Positions 46,982-57,851 of a DNA stretch of 64,000 nucleotides are shown here, in pieces (position 1 is the first letter of the stretch; every line of letters starts with the position of its first letter). The position numbers and the translations under genes were made by a program. The stretch covers positions 224,001 through 288,000 of the forward strand of contig CBDAOY010000009.1 in assembly GCA_965198225.1 (NCBI GenBank), read 5' to 3'. This stretch comes from Terriglobia bacterium. Its GTDB lineage: Bacteria > Acidobacteriota > Terriglobia > 20CM-2-55-15. The notes under the pieces were generated by a model, which saw nothing but the letters and a program-made list of their open reading frames with translations, did no database searches and was not told where the DNA came from.

Positions 46982-48016
46982 TCACAGAGACGAATAGTCG
47001 GTTACGACGGCCTTGCCGCCCAACAAAGTGCCGGGGCTCAGGATCGCGGCCCGACCGATGTAGCAGCCGCGTCCCATCAGGGTGCCCGAGATGCGGGCGT
47101 CGGCATCGATCGTGTTGCCGGACCAGATCACCGAGTCCACGATGTGTGCACCGGCGTCGATCTTGCAGTTGCTGCCGATGACGGAGTTCTCGACCCGTGC
47201 ATTTTCGCGGATCGTCACGCCATCGCCAATGATCGACGCGTCGTCGACGAAAGCCCCTATAGGCAGGCTGTCGCGGTCGAAACCGTTCGATGGAATCTCA
47301 GGCGAGCGGAACTTGCCGTTCAGAATATCGCGGTGGACTTCGAGATACTTGGAAGGTGTTCCGATGTCGATCCAGTAATTGTCGGTAACGACGGAATACA
47401 TCCGCTCTTTCCGCTCCAGAAGCGTCGGGAAGAGCTCCCGCTCGAAGGAACACGGTTTTCCCTTTGGCATGTGCTCGAGCACTGAGGGCTCCAGCACGTA
47501 GACACCCGCGTTGATCGTATTGCAAGTGATCTCATCCATGCTGGGCTTCTCCAGGAACCGGTGGATCCGTCCCTGATCATCGGACTCGACCAGGCCGTAA
47601 GCGGTAGGATCGTCCACCGGCGTGAGGACCAGCGTCGCGACGGCCTTCTTGCTGCGATGGTTTTCGATCACCGAATTCAGATCCAGCGATGTCAGGACAT
47701 CGCCGTTGAAGACCACAGTCGTCGAATCGATCCACTCTTCCGCGTTCTTGAACGCGCCACCGGTGCCGAGCGGTGTCGACTCGACGGCATAACGGATCAG
47801 AACATCGAAATCGGCTCCGTCTTTCAGAAGGTCTTCTATCTTTCTGGGCTGGTAGGACAGGCTCAAGACTATCTCGGAGATTCCAGCACTCTTCATGAGA
47901 TCGATCTGGTATAGGAGAAATGGCCGGTTCGCAACCGGAACGATAGGCTTGGGTGTGTTCAGCGTCAGAGGCCGGAGTCGCGTTCCCTTCCCGCCCGCCA
48001 GAATGAGGCCTTTCAT
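46982..48016 (-). CDS. NDP-sugar synthase (mannose-1-phosphate guanylyltransferase-like)
   Basis: ILAGGKGTRLRPLT..PKP, PLGTGG, WIDIGTP and hexapeptide repeats. Confidence 0.92.
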   Translation of the reverse strand: MKGLILAGGKGTRLRPLTLNTPKPIVPVANRPFLLYQIDLMKSAGISEIVLSLSYQPRKIEDLLKDGADFDVLIRYAVESTPLGTGGAFKNAEEWIDSTTVVFNGDVLTSLDLNSVIENHRSKKAVATLVLTPVDDPTAYGLVESDDQGRIHRFLEKPSMDEITCNTINAGVYVLEPSVLEHMPKGKPCSFERELFPTLLERKERMYSVVTDNYWIDIGTPSKYLEVHRDILNGKFRSPEIPSNGFDRDSLPIGAFVDDASIIGDGVTIRENARVENSVIGSNCKIDAGAHIVDSVIWSGNTIDADARISGTLMGRGCYIGRAAILSPGTLLGGKAVVTDYSSL

Positions 48017-48151
48017 GATGAAATCTATAATACCGCAGGCGTCGGAAACCCACTCATAGAGGACGTGTTTCGCACGCGTCATTCGGCGGGTTGGGGCCGG
48101 TATCCGAAGTGGCCGCTCCTGCCCCAATCTGATAAACTTGCCATCCACGCT

Positions 48152-48748
48152 ATGAATCTGCCCAACGCAGTAACGCTGTCCAGGATCTTCCTCGTTCCGG
48201 TGCTCGTAACGCTGCTCTTGACCAAGTACAGCGTCCTGATCGCCGCGATCGTGTTCCTTGCCGCCTCGCTGACCGACCTTCTGGACGGTTACCTCGCACG
48301 CGCCCGCAACGAGGTGACGACTCTTGGCATGCTTCTGGACCCGGTAGCCGACAAACTGCTGATTTCCGCCGCGTTCATCTCGCTGGTTCAACTGCAGATC
48401 GTTGCGGCGTGGATGGTTGTTGTCATCATTGGCAGGGAGTTCGCCGTAAGCGGTCTGCGCAGCATCGCGGCTTCCCAGGGCTTTACGATCGACGCCTCGG
48501 AACTCGGCAAGCTCAAGATGTTCTTCCAGGTGGCAGCGATTACGCTGCTGATTCTCGGAAGCCAGTACCCCGTCTTCTTCAACGCCGGTTACATCGCCCT
48601 CTGGATGGTCGTTCTGTTCGCGATTCTTTCCGCCGTCGACTACTTCCGCACTTTCTGGTCGAAGATCGACGACCGGTTCAAAGCCCAGGAACGCCGCCGC
48701 GACATTCTTTTGAAGAAGAGGCCGGGCCGGCATGTTCCAACTCAGTAG
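48152..48748 (+). CDS. pgsA: CDP-diacylglycerol--glycerol-3-phosphate 3-phosphatidyltransferase
   Basis: MNLPN.VTLSRI and TDLLDGYLAR...LGMLLDPVADK. Confidence 0.93.
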   Translation: MNLPNAVTLSRIFLVPVLVTLLLTKYSVLIAAIVFLAASLTDLLDGYLARARNEVTTLGMLLDPVADKLLISAAFISLVQLQIVAAWMVVVIIGREFAVSGLRSIAASQGFTIDASELGKLKMFFQVAAITLLILGSQYPVFFNAGYIALWMVVLFAILSAVDYFRTFWSKIDDRFKAQERRRDILLKKRPGRHVPTQ

Positions 48749-49298
48749 CCGCGAACAACAATTGCTGCTGGAGATCGCGCGGGGAGCCGTTCGCGCTCAC
48801 CTGGCGAAGGCAAAGCCGCCGGTTCACGAGATTCCAGACGGAACACTCCGGCAGCCCCACGGCGTTTTCGTCTCCATACACCGGGCTGGGGAACTCCGTG
48901 GCTGCATCGGCCGCGTTGAATCGGACAGACCGCTCCACCAAGCAACGGCCGAGTGCGCGATTTCCGCAGCAGTGGCAGATCCCCGCTTCATGCCGGTGGA
49001 AGTCGACGAGCTGGGCCACGTCTCGTTCGAGATCTCGGCCCTGACCGCGTTGACAACGATCGAAGGCGCGGACCAGCTCGAAGTCGGACGCCATGGCCTG
49101 ATGGTCGAAAAAGGTTCCAGCCGGGGGCTTCTGCTGCCACAGGTCGCCTCTCGATACGGATGGGACCTCCAGGAGTTTCTGAGTCAGACCTGTCTGAAAG
49201 CGGGGCTGGGCCCCGGCGAGTGGCGGTCCGGCGCCAACCTGTTCGTCTTCGAGGCGATCGTCTTCGAGGAGCCCTCGAACCGGTCGGCGCATCCATGA
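48732..49298 (+). CDS. amrA: AMMECR1 domain protein
   Basis: GVFVS, LRGCIG, DPRF and GLLLPQVA. Confidence 0.88.
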   Translation: MFQLSSREQQLLLEIARGAVRAHLAKAKPPVHEIPDGTLRQPHGVFVSIHRAGELRGCIGRVESDRPLHQATAECAISAAVADPRFMPVEVDELGHVSFEISALTALTTIEGADQLEVGRHGLMVEKGSSRGLLLPQVASRYGWDLQEFLSQTCLKAGLGPGEWRSGANLFVFEAIVFEEPSNRSAHP

Positions 49299-50137
49299 TT
49301 CTCCAGCTTCCATTCCACGACATCGACCCGGTCTTCCTGAACATCGGAGGAATCCAACTTCGATGGTACGGGTTGATGTACATGCTCGGTTTCATCGTCG
49401 CCTACTTCATCATGCGACGCTTGGTCCGGCAAAGACCCCTGCCTTTGTCCCGAGATGACATCTACGATCTGCTCTTCTACCTGATCCTCGGCCTCATGGG
49501 CGGCGGACGGATCGGCTACGTCCTCTTCTATGACATCGGCACCTACCTGGAAAACCCGCTTTCGATCGTCGCGATCTGGCAGGGCGGCATGTCGTTCCAC
49601 GGCGGCCTGATCGGCATGACGCTGGCGGCGATCCTGATCGTGCGCAAGAAGGGCTGGAAGTTCTGGGAGATCGCCGACCTGACCGCCGTCGCGGTACCGA
49701 TCGGTCTGGGTCTGGGACGGATCGGCAACTTCATCAACGGTGAGCTCTATGGGCGCGCCAGCACGCTGCCATGGGCGATGGTGTTTCCAGATGGAGGCGG
49801 CGTCGCCCGACACCCGTCACAACTCTACGAAGCCCTGCTGGAGGGCCTGGCGCTCTTCCTGATTGTGCGTTGGGTCTACCACCTGAACCTGCGTCCCGGA
49901 GCTGCTTTGTGGACTATGGTCTCCGTCTACGGTCTCTTCCGCTTCTCGGTGGAATTCCTGCGGGAGCCAGATGCGCACATCGGGTTCGACCTCGGCCCGT
50001 TCACGCGCGGGCAGTTGCTCAGCTTTCCGATGTTGCTGGTTGGAACCTACTTCCTGGTGAGGACCCTACGTCAGGAACCCGAGTCTACCGCAGCTCCACA
50101 AAATCGCCCGCAGAAACGCCGTCCGAAGCGAAAGTGA
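49295..50137 (+). CDS. lgt: Prolipoprotein diacylglyceryl transferase
   Basis: RWYGLMY, GGMSFHGG, GRIGNFINGE and RHPSQLYE. Confidence 0.97.
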   Translation: MILQLPFHDIDPVFLNIGGIQLRWYGLMYMLGFIVAYFIMRRLVRQRPLPLSRDDIYDLLFYLILGLMGGGRIGYVLFYDIGTYLENPLSIVAIWQGGMSFHGGLIGMTLAAILIVRKKGWKFWEIADLTAVAVPIGLGLGRIGNFINGELYGRASTLPWAMVFPDGGGVARHPSQLYEALLEGLALFLIVRWVYHLNLRPGAALWTMVSVYGLFRFSVEFLREPDAHIGFDLGPFTRGQLLSFPMLLVGTYFLVRTLRQEPESTAAPQNRPQKRRPKRK

Positions 50138-51389
50138 TGATGGCGGTGGCGGCGCGCTCTTCGACCTTGAGGACGATGAGCTCCCCGATGACCTGTCGCT
50201 GGGTGCCCAGGATCCGGGCGGCCTTCGATGAGAGATCGTAGAGGCTGTTGTCGACGTTGAGAGGACGATAGATCAGGAAGATGTCGCCAATACGAACGCC
50301 GTCACGATTGCCGAGATCAATGTAAACGATCTGTCCGTCGGCGGCCATGCCTGCAGAGAGGCCGCTCAGGTGTGTCCCCGCTGGTCCGGGAAGCCGCGTG
50401 CTGGTGCCGAAGACCGTGGACGCCGCGTTGAACAAAGCCGTCTGCGACATTGCGACGGCGCCTGTGATCTTCCCGCTGCTGGGCATGGTCGGGCTGAACG
50501 GCCGGTTCTTGGGCAATTCAGGAAAGTCGATCAGCCTGAAGCCAACGACCGTGTCTCCGATCTCGATGGAATCGCAGGAGTTGATCACGCGGGCGAGCGA
50601 GAAATCGGATTGGACCAGGACAACCCTCAGCTGACCCAGTTCCAGGTAGTGCATCCCCAGGGCTCCGACCGCGGCTCGCGGACTGCGGATCGCTATCGTT
50701 GGTCGAACGACTGTGAGGATTTGCCCGGCTTCAATCCCCGCGGCCGAACCCTCGCTCACATACACGTAGTCGGTTTCGCGGGCCATCGCGGAAACGCCCT
50801 GGGGGAACAGGGCCATGACGTTGAGATCGCTGGACAGGGTGCGCGTCGTGACGAAGCCGGAGCAGTAAAGATCAGCGGCTTTCACTTCCGGCGTTGGAAT
50901 CGGATCCGGCAGGTCGAACCCGATCGGGGGCGGGGCCGGACCGGCGCTGTCGGCCAGCCTCGGTGTGGCGGGCAGTCGGACAGGCCGGATCGGTCGCGGC
51001 TCGGGTTCAGGAGCGGGCTCGGGTTCCGGTTCGGCCGCCGGCGGCTGCGGAGGCTCGGCCTCGGTGATCCGTGTGAGCGGGCGGATCAGTATCTTGTCTT
51101 CGGGGTAGATCCAATGAGGATTGACGATGTGTTCGTTCGTCTCCCATAACTGCGGCCAGAGGAAGGGATCGTTGAGCAACCGCTCGGCGAGAGCCCAAAG
51201 CGTGTCGCCCTCCGCGACCACATAGACTTCGAAGTCCTCGGCGCCTTCTGGCGCATTGTTTGCGGTCCAGTGCCCGTCTTGTTCGCCCAGATTCGGCGGC
51301 GCGCCCTGCTCGGGAGAGGGTCGCTGTTGGGCAACCACAGCCGAACCGCACAAAACGACAAGCGCCAACGTCAAAGGTAAACGTCTCAT
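50085..51389 (-). CDS. Exported LysM peptidoglycan-binding protein
   Basis: Signal peptide, YVVAEGDTLWALA..DPFLWPQLWE.N..IVNPHWIYP and Pro-rich linker. Confidence 0.88.
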   Translation of the reverse strand: MRRLPLTLALVVLCGSAVVAQQRPSPEQGAPPNLGEQDGHWTANNAPEGAEDFEVYVVAEGDTLWALAERLLNDPFLWPQLWETNEHIVNPHWIYPEDKILIRPLTRITEAEPPQPPAAEPEPEPAPEPEPRPIRPVRLPATPRLADSAGPAPPPIGFDLPDPIPTPEVKAADLYCSGFVTTRTLSSDLNVMALFPQGVSAMARETDYVYVSEGSAAGIEAGQILTVVRPTIAIRSPRAAVGALGMHYLELGQLRVVLVQSDFSLARVINSCDSIEIGDTVVGFRLIDFPELPKNRPFSPTMPSSGKITGAVAMSQTALFNAASTVFGTSTRLPGPAGTHLSGLSAGMAADGQIVYIDLGNRDGVRIGDIFLIYRPLNVDNSLYDLSSKAARILGTQRQVIGELIVLKVEERAATAIITFASDGVSAGDFVELR

Positions 51390-51687
51390 TGGATCTCATT
51401 AGTAACAGAAGCGCTTGCGGCAGTCAACATATTGATAACACGCACTTCGAGGACAAACCCAAGATGGTGTATCTCGCATTGGGTGGGACCCGACCGGTGG
51501 TTGTCGGAGCTGGATCTGTGAGTCGACGAACGCTCGGCCCACCGCGCTTACGGGTTCACCCGAAACGGGAGCCGCGAACGGAGGGAAGACGCCCATACGC
51601 AATATTTGCGCTCCCGGGGCGGATGCCTCGCCCTCGTAGCCGGAGAGAAAGGCCGTGAAGGCCCTATCTACCAATGGATTGAACCAT

Positions 51688-51716
51688 TTGAACCCGATTT
51701 GTGATATTGTTATAAG
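51688..51716 (+). promoter_or_regulatory. Putative sigma70 promoter for the cysK cluster
   Basis: TTGAAC-17 nt-TATAAG with extended TG in an AT-rich patch. Confidence 0.45.
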
Positions 51717-51808
51717 TTTCTGCACCCGTCGGAGTGCCGGGTTGTGCAGGTTGGACCCGTCGCCCCCGACGCCGTTGGAGTGAGAGGTAAGCTCGGAGAA
51801 AGATAAAG

Positions 51809-52732
51809 ATGGAGAATCGGATCTACGACAACATCTGCGACCTGGTCGGCCGGACTCCGATCGTCCGGCTCAACCGGATCCCGGAGGCCGGATGGGCCGA
51901 GATGCTCGTCAAACTCGAGTTTTTCAACCCGGGAGGCAGCGTCAAAGACCGGATCGGCCTGAACATGATCGAAGCCGCGGAAAAGAGCGGCCAGCTCAAA
52001 CCCGGCGGGACCATCATCGAGCCGACCAGCGGCAATACAGGAATCGGCCTGGCAATGGTCGCCGCTGCAAAGGGATACCACGTAGTCCTGACGATGCCGG
52101 AGGACATGAGCGTCGAGCGACTCAATCTCCTCAGGGCTTTCGGGGCCGATATCGTCCTCACGCCTCGTAACGATGCCATGCAGGGAGCGATCGACAAGGC
52201 GGAGGAGATTCTCGCGGAAAACCCCGACTACTACATGCCTCAGCAGTTCCAGAATCCCGCAAATCCGGAAGCCCACCGCCGGACGACCGCCCGGGAAATA
52301 CTGGAGGTCGTAGGAGACCGCCTTGACGCTCTTGTCGTGGGTGTCGGGACAGGCGGCACCGCGACTGGAACTGGAGAGGTATTGAAGAAAAGCATCCCCG
52401 ACATGAAACTACACGTGGTCGAGCCGGCGGAATCCGCGGTGCTTTCGGGCGGCCCACCCTCACCACACCGGATCCAGGGAATCGGCGCCGGCTTCATCCC
52501 GCAGATCTTCAACCGGGAGGTCGTCGATAGGTTGGTGGCTGTCGAATACGAAGACGCCCGGGCCGGAGCCCGGCTGCTTGCGGAAAAGGAAGGCATCCTT
52601 TGTGGTGTTTCGTCCGGCGCGATCCTGCACGCAGCCCTGGACGTGTCGAAGACACTGGGCCCCGGCCAGAGAGTGCTGGCAATTCTATGCGACACAGGCG
52701 AACGCTACCTGAGCACGGAGCTGTTTTCTTGA
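51809..52732 (+). CDS. cysK: Cysteine synthase A
   Basis: NPGGSVKDR, EPTSGNTG, GVGTGGT and IQGIGAGF. Confidence 0.95.
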   Translation: MENRIYDNICDLVGRTPIVRLNRIPEAGWAEMLVKLEFFNPGGSVKDRIGLNMIEAAEKSGQLKPGGTIIEPTSGNTGIGLAMVAAAKGYHVVLTMPEDMSVERLNLLRAFGADIVLTPRNDAMQGAIDKAEEILAENPDYYMPQQFQNPANPEAHRRTTAREILEVVGDRLDALVVGVGTGGTATGTGEVLKKSIPDMKLHVVEPAESAVLSGGPPSPHRIQGIGAGFIPQIFNREVVDRLVAVEYEDARAGARLLAEKEGILCGVSSGAILHAALDVSKTLGPGQRVLAILCDTGERYLSTELFS

Positions 52733-52733
52733 A

Positions 52734-54143
52734 ATGCTTCCCGGGCCCATCTGCGTTTCTCTGACTCCGCGCCGGGTGGAGGAGATATTCTCCACCGATA
52801 TCGACGGCGCAGACTGCGTCGAAGCCCGACTCGACTATCTCGAAGATCCCGAAGAATCGACACATACCCGATGGGACAGATTGAGGGTGCCCCTGATCGC
52901 GACGTGCCGGGGCCGGGAGCGCGGCGGGATGTTTGGCGGTTCCATCGCTGACGAGTTTCGGATTCTCGACCGTGCAGTGGACAACGGCGCCCGCTTCGTC
53001 GACGTGGACTACCGGTTTGCGAGGCCGTTCGACGGAGCCGAAGTCATCGGATCGTTCCACAGTTTCGAAGAGACTCCCTGGGATCTGGAAGGGTTGATGG
53101 AAGCAGTCTGCGAGAGCCCCGTGTCTGTTGCCAAGGTCGCAACGATGGTTCGCAGCTGGGGGGACAACCGGCGGCTGCTCGATCTGCTTGGGAAATCCTG
53201 GCCGAAACCGGTTGTGGTGGTCGGTATGGGCGAAATGGGCCAGCCCACTCGAATCGTCGCTCCTCTCCACGGCAGCGCCCTCACCTACACGAGCTCAGGC
53301 CGTCGATCGGCGCCGGGTCAGCTCTCCCTGGAGGAGGTGAGGAAAACCTACCGGCTCGCCAAACTCTCCAGCGCGAGCCGGTTGGTCGGGGTTATCGGTA
53401 AACCGGTCAGCCATTCCCGCTCGCCCGAACTGCACAACCGTGCCTTCGAAGCCCTGGGGATCGACTATGTCTACCTGAAGTTTCCGGTCGAAGACCTCGA
53501 CGAATTCCTGGCCAACGCGGACGGAATCGGGATTGAAGGCTTTTCTGTGACGATTCCCCACAAAGTGGAAATCGTGAAACGGCTCTCCCGCTTGACCGCA
53601 GAAGCCGAACAGACGGGCGCGGTCAATACGGTGTTTCGCGAAGGCGGCGGATGGGTCGGAGACAACACGGATGTCCACGGAATCCGGCGGGCGCTGGCCG
53701 GCTTCGACACCCAGGGCTGGAAAGTCGTGATCCTGGGGACCGGGGGCGCTGCCCGGGCTGCGGTCGCGGCGTTGGAGGGAGCTCAGTCCATCACGCTGCT
53801 TTCGCGCCGGCAGAAACCCGGCGCGCTCCGCTGGTCCCGGGAGGTTCGCCTCGATCGACTGGACCGGATCGCCGACTATGACTGCGACCTGTTGATCAAT
53901 GCCACTCCAGTCGGCATGGCACCCGGTGAGGACCGCTGTCTGGTCGAGGGCCCGATTGGTGCCGCCGTGGTTTTCGACATGGTCTACAACCCGGCTGAGA
54001 CACGGTTACTGCAGGCAGCGGCCGGGCAGGGGAAACGAACGATTTCCGGGAAGAAGATGTTCCTGGCACAAGCCGGCCGCCAGTTCGAAATCTGGACCGG
54101 GAGACCGGCTCCCGAGGAGGTATTCGGGGAGGAACTCCAATGA
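52734..54143 (+). CDS. aroE: Bifunctional type I 3-dehydroquinate dehydratase/shikimate dehydrogenase
   Basis: E.RLD, IATCR, SFH and APGQ, then HSRSP, SVTIPHK, GAVNT, DNTD and GTGGAAR. Confidence 0.9.
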   Translation: MLPGPICVSLTPRRVEEIFSTDIDGADCVEARLDYLEDPEESTHTRWDRLRVPLIATCRGRERGGMFGGSIADEFRILDRAVDNGARFVDVDYRFARPFDGAEVIGSFHSFEETPWDLEGLMEAVCESPVSVAKVATMVRSWGDNRRLLDLLGKSWPKPVVVVGMGEMGQPTRIVAPLHGSALTYTSSGRRSAPGQLSLEEVRKTYRLAKLSSASRLVGVIGKPVSHSRSPELHNRAFEALGIDYVYLKFPVEDLDEFLANADGIGIEGFSVTIPHKVEIVKRLSRLTAEAEQTGAVNTVFREGGGWVGDNTDVHGIRRALAGFDTQGWKVVILGTGGAARAAVAALEGAQSITLLSRRQKPGALRWSREVRLDRLDRIADYDCDLLINATPVGMAPGEDRCLVEGPIGAAVVFDMVYNPAETRLLQAAAGQGKRTISGKKMFLAQAGRQFEIWTGRPAPEEVFGEELQ

Positions 54144-55069
54144 GCAAGTGCTTTCGGATACCCGGCAGCTCGTCGAACCTCGGCCCCGGCTTCGACACGC
54201 TGAGCCTGGCGCTGCAGATCTACCTGCGAGTGGAAGTCGCGGCGGGGGAAGGTCCGGGCGGTCTGTGGGTCAACCCGACAGGCGTCGACTCTGAAAAAAT
54301 GTCCGACGGTGAGGACAATCTGATCGTTCGCGTGATCGCCTCGATCGCCCGGAAGAGGGGACAGAGCCTGGGGTCGGCAAACCTGACAGTCCGAAACGAG
54401 ATTCCGCTCTCCAGGGGGCTGGGAAGCAGTTCTGCCGCGATCATCGCGGGTATAACGAGCTACGAACTCCTGAGCAAAGAACAGCTGTCGGTCGATGAGA
54501 TCTTCGACTACGCCCTCGAATTCGAGCCGCATCCTGACAATCTCGCCGCCGGTCTCTTCGGAGGCTTGGTCGTTTCGGCGACTGATGAAAACGGAAAGAC
54601 GGCCTTCTCTCGGGTCCCGGTCCCGGACGGCTTCGCTCCGGTCGTCGTCATTCCGGAATTCGAACTGTCCACAGAAGAGGCTCGCAGGGTCCTGCCGGGC
54701 GAGTATTCACGAGCCGATGCCGTGTTCAATGTCCAGCGGTCGGCCATGGTGGTCGCGACACTGTCCTCCGGGAACTGGGATCTGCTCGCCGAGGCGATGC
54801 GGGATCGACTTCACCAGCCGTACCGGGCTCCGCTGATCCCCGGGCTGGAACAGGTGCTTCGGATGGAGGAAGATGGGCTGTTCGGCGTCGCCTTGAGCGG
54901 CGCGGGGCCGACTATCCTAGCGCTGGCCGCCCCCGAGAAGGCGACATCCGTCGGGCAGTCGATCGTCGAGGTATTCGCCGCGCACGGGGTGGTTGCCAAG
55001 GTGCTTGTGTTACCGATCGATACAGTGGGTCGCTTTTCTGAAGACCGATCGCTCACCGTCGAGTTGTAA
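54140..55069 (+). CDS. thrB: Homoserine kinase
   Basis: SSNLGPGFD, IPLSRGLGSS, HPDN and SGAGPT. Confidence 0.95.
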   Translation: MSKCFRIPGSSSNLGPGFDTLSLALQIYLRVEVAAGEGPGGLWVNPTGVDSEKMSDGEDNLIVRVIASIARKRGQSLGSANLTVRNEIPLSRGLGSSSAAIIAGITSYELLSKEQLSVDEIFDYALEFEPHPDNLAAGLFGGLVVSATDENGKTAFSRVPVPDGFAPVVVIPEFELSTEEARRVLPGEYSRADAVFNVQRSAMVVATLSSGNWDLLAEAMRDRLHQPYRAPLIPGLEQVLRMEEDGLFGVALSGAGPTILALAAPEKATSVGQSIVEVFAAHGVVAKVLVLPIDTVGRFSEDRSLTVEL

Positions 55070-55099
55070 TGAGTGGGCTGTAGTGACAGCGTAGGAGCT

Positions 55100-56155
55100 A
55101 TGAAGATGATCAAGACTGCGATTCTCGGGGCGACCGGCACGGTCGGCCAACGTATGATCCAGATGCTGGAAAACCATCCGTGGTTCGAGATCTCCGCTCT
55201 CGCCGCCTCCGGCAACTCCGCGGGAAAAGCCTACGGCGATGCTGTCCACTGGCAGCTCGACACGCCGATGCCGGCAGCGGTCCGGAGCATGAAGGTCGAG
55301 GAGTGCCGACCCGGTCTGGACTGCGACTTCGTCCTTTCCGGACTGCCGTCGTCGATCGCCCGTCAGACCGAGCTGGATTTTGCCGCGTCGGGATGCGCCG
55401 TGATAAGCAACGCCAGCAGTCATCGGATGGGCTCGGACGTGCCGTTGTTGATCCCGGAAATCAACCCCGACCACGTCGAGGCGGTGGAGGTCCAGAAGCA
55501 ACGCCTGGGCGGCGAGGGCTTTATCGTCACGAACCCGAACTGTTCGACGATCGGTTTGGCCATACCGCTGGCTGCTCTGGAGCGAAGTTTCGGCCTCGAA
55601 GCGGTTCACGTCGTGACGATGCAAGCGCTGTCGGGCGCCGGATACCCGGGAGTCTCCTCGATGGACGCGATCGACAACATCCTTCCGTCGATCGCTGACG
55701 GCGAAGAAGAAGAAAAGATGGAGACCGAACCCCAGAAGATCCTGGGAACGTGGAACGGGGTCGGGTTTGAGGACGCCCGGATCCGTATCAGCGCGCTGAC
55801 TCATCGTGTAAACGTCCGCGACGGTCACCTCGAAGCCTGCTCGGTCGAGCTCAAGTCGAAGGCTTCCGCCGCAGAAGTCGAGAATGCGTTCGCGAGCTTC
55901 ACTTCACCAATCGACGAGCTGGATCTACCGTCCGCGCCCTCTCCGCTGATGATCGTCGAACGGGATCAGACGCGGCCCCAACCCCGCTTGGACCGGGATC
56001 GCGCCAACGGTATGGCCGTCATCGTCGGACCGGTCGCCCCTTGTCCGGTGCTCGACTACAAGTTCCGGCTGCTGAGCCACAACACTATTCGGGGCGCGGC
56101 CGGAGCGGCCATCCTGAACGCGGAACTCTTGCACAAGCAGGGGCTGATCGAATGA
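55100..56155 (+). CDS. asd: Aspartate-semialdehyde dehydrogenase (archaeal/fungal-like type)
   Basis: GATGTVGQR, NPNCST, QALSGAG and HNTIRGAAG. Confidence 0.95.
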   Translation: MKMIKTAILGATGTVGQRMIQMLENHPWFEISALAASGNSAGKAYGDAVHWQLDTPMPAAVRSMKVEECRPGLDCDFVLSGLPSSIARQTELDFAASGCAVISNASSHRMGSDVPLLIPEINPDHVEAVEVQKQRLGGEGFIVTNPNCSTIGLAIPLAALERSFGLEAVHVVTMQALSGAGYPGVSSMDAIDNILPSIADGEEEEKMETEPQKILGTWNGVGFEDARIRISALTHRVNVRDGHLEACSVELKSKASAAEVENAFASFTSPIDELDLPSAPSPLMIVERDQTRPQPRLDRDRANGMAVIVGPVAPCPVLDYKFRLLSHNTIRGAAGAAILNAELLHKQGLIE

Positions 56156-57224
56156 ACTCGCTGACCCAGATTCCGCCGGGAACCCAGATTCTGATCGGGG
56201 ACACCGCCCGACGGCGACGCGCGGTGGAAGCGACGATCTTCTCCGTGTTCGAGGGCTGGTCCTACGAGGAGATCATCCCGCCGATGTTCGACTACTTCGA
56301 CGTGTTCATCAAGGGGATGGGCAACGACCTGGAAGATCGGATCTATCGGTTCATCGATCGTGAGGGGAACCTGCTGGCGCTCCGTCCCGAGTTTACTTCC
56401 CTGCTCGCGAAAATGTCGGCGACGCGCCTGTCTGGCCTCCCGAAACCCGTGCGTCTATCCTACTCAGGTGAAGTACTGAGGTTTGAGACACCAAAGGGAG
56501 GACGAGGTCGCGAGTTTGCCCAGATCGGCATCGAACATTACGGTGGGGACACGCGGTCGGCGGACGTCGAGGTGCTGCTGGTCTGCATGGAGGTGCTCGA
56601 GAAACTGGGCGTTTCCGACTTCCAGGTCAACCTCGGCAACGTGGATTTTTTCGGAGGCATCGTCGACCGGATCGATCTCCCGGGGGAGCGCATCAATGCA
56701 CTCAAGGACGTCCTGGACGTCAAGGATCAGACAGGACTGGAACGACTGCTGGGAGACATGCCCTTCGACCAGAGGCAGAAAAAAATCCTGCGATCGATAC
56801 CTCACCTGGTGGGCGGCCGGGAAGTCCTGTCGGAGATGCGCAGTCTGATCCGCAACGATCGCTCCAGGAGCGCGCTCGACCATCTGGACGAGATCTACGA
56901 TGTCTTCGCAGGCCTGGGACTCGAACGGCACCTCACGATCGACCTCGGGGAGGTCCGCGGCTTCGACTACTACAGCGGCATTCTGTTCCGGGCATACGTT
57001 CCCGGCCTTGGGTTCGAAGTGGCCCAGGGTGGGAGATACGATGGCCTCCCGGCGCAGTTCGGACATGATACGCCGGCGGTCGGCTTTTCCTTTACACTGG
57101 ATCGGCTCGAACGGATCGTCACCTGTGACGTCGAGACGACGAAGGCCGAAGCCCTCGCCTCATCGGCCGAGAACCGGTTCGCGGAGGCGGTCCGCCTCCG
57201 GCGTCGGGGCAAGGCGGTGAAGCT

Positions 57225-57231
<7 letters not shown>
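56152..57231 (+). CDS. hisZ: ATP phosphoribosyltransferase regulatory subunit
   Basis: HisRS-like (LRPEFT, EFAQIGIE, YYSG, GGRYD) directly upstream of a short hisG. Confidence 0.9.

Positions 57232-57850
<619 letters not shown>

Positions 57851-57851
<1 letters not shown>

Noticed and set aside
52734-54143. AroD-AroE fusion as a novelty
   Set aside because: Known architecture in several bacterial phyla and plants
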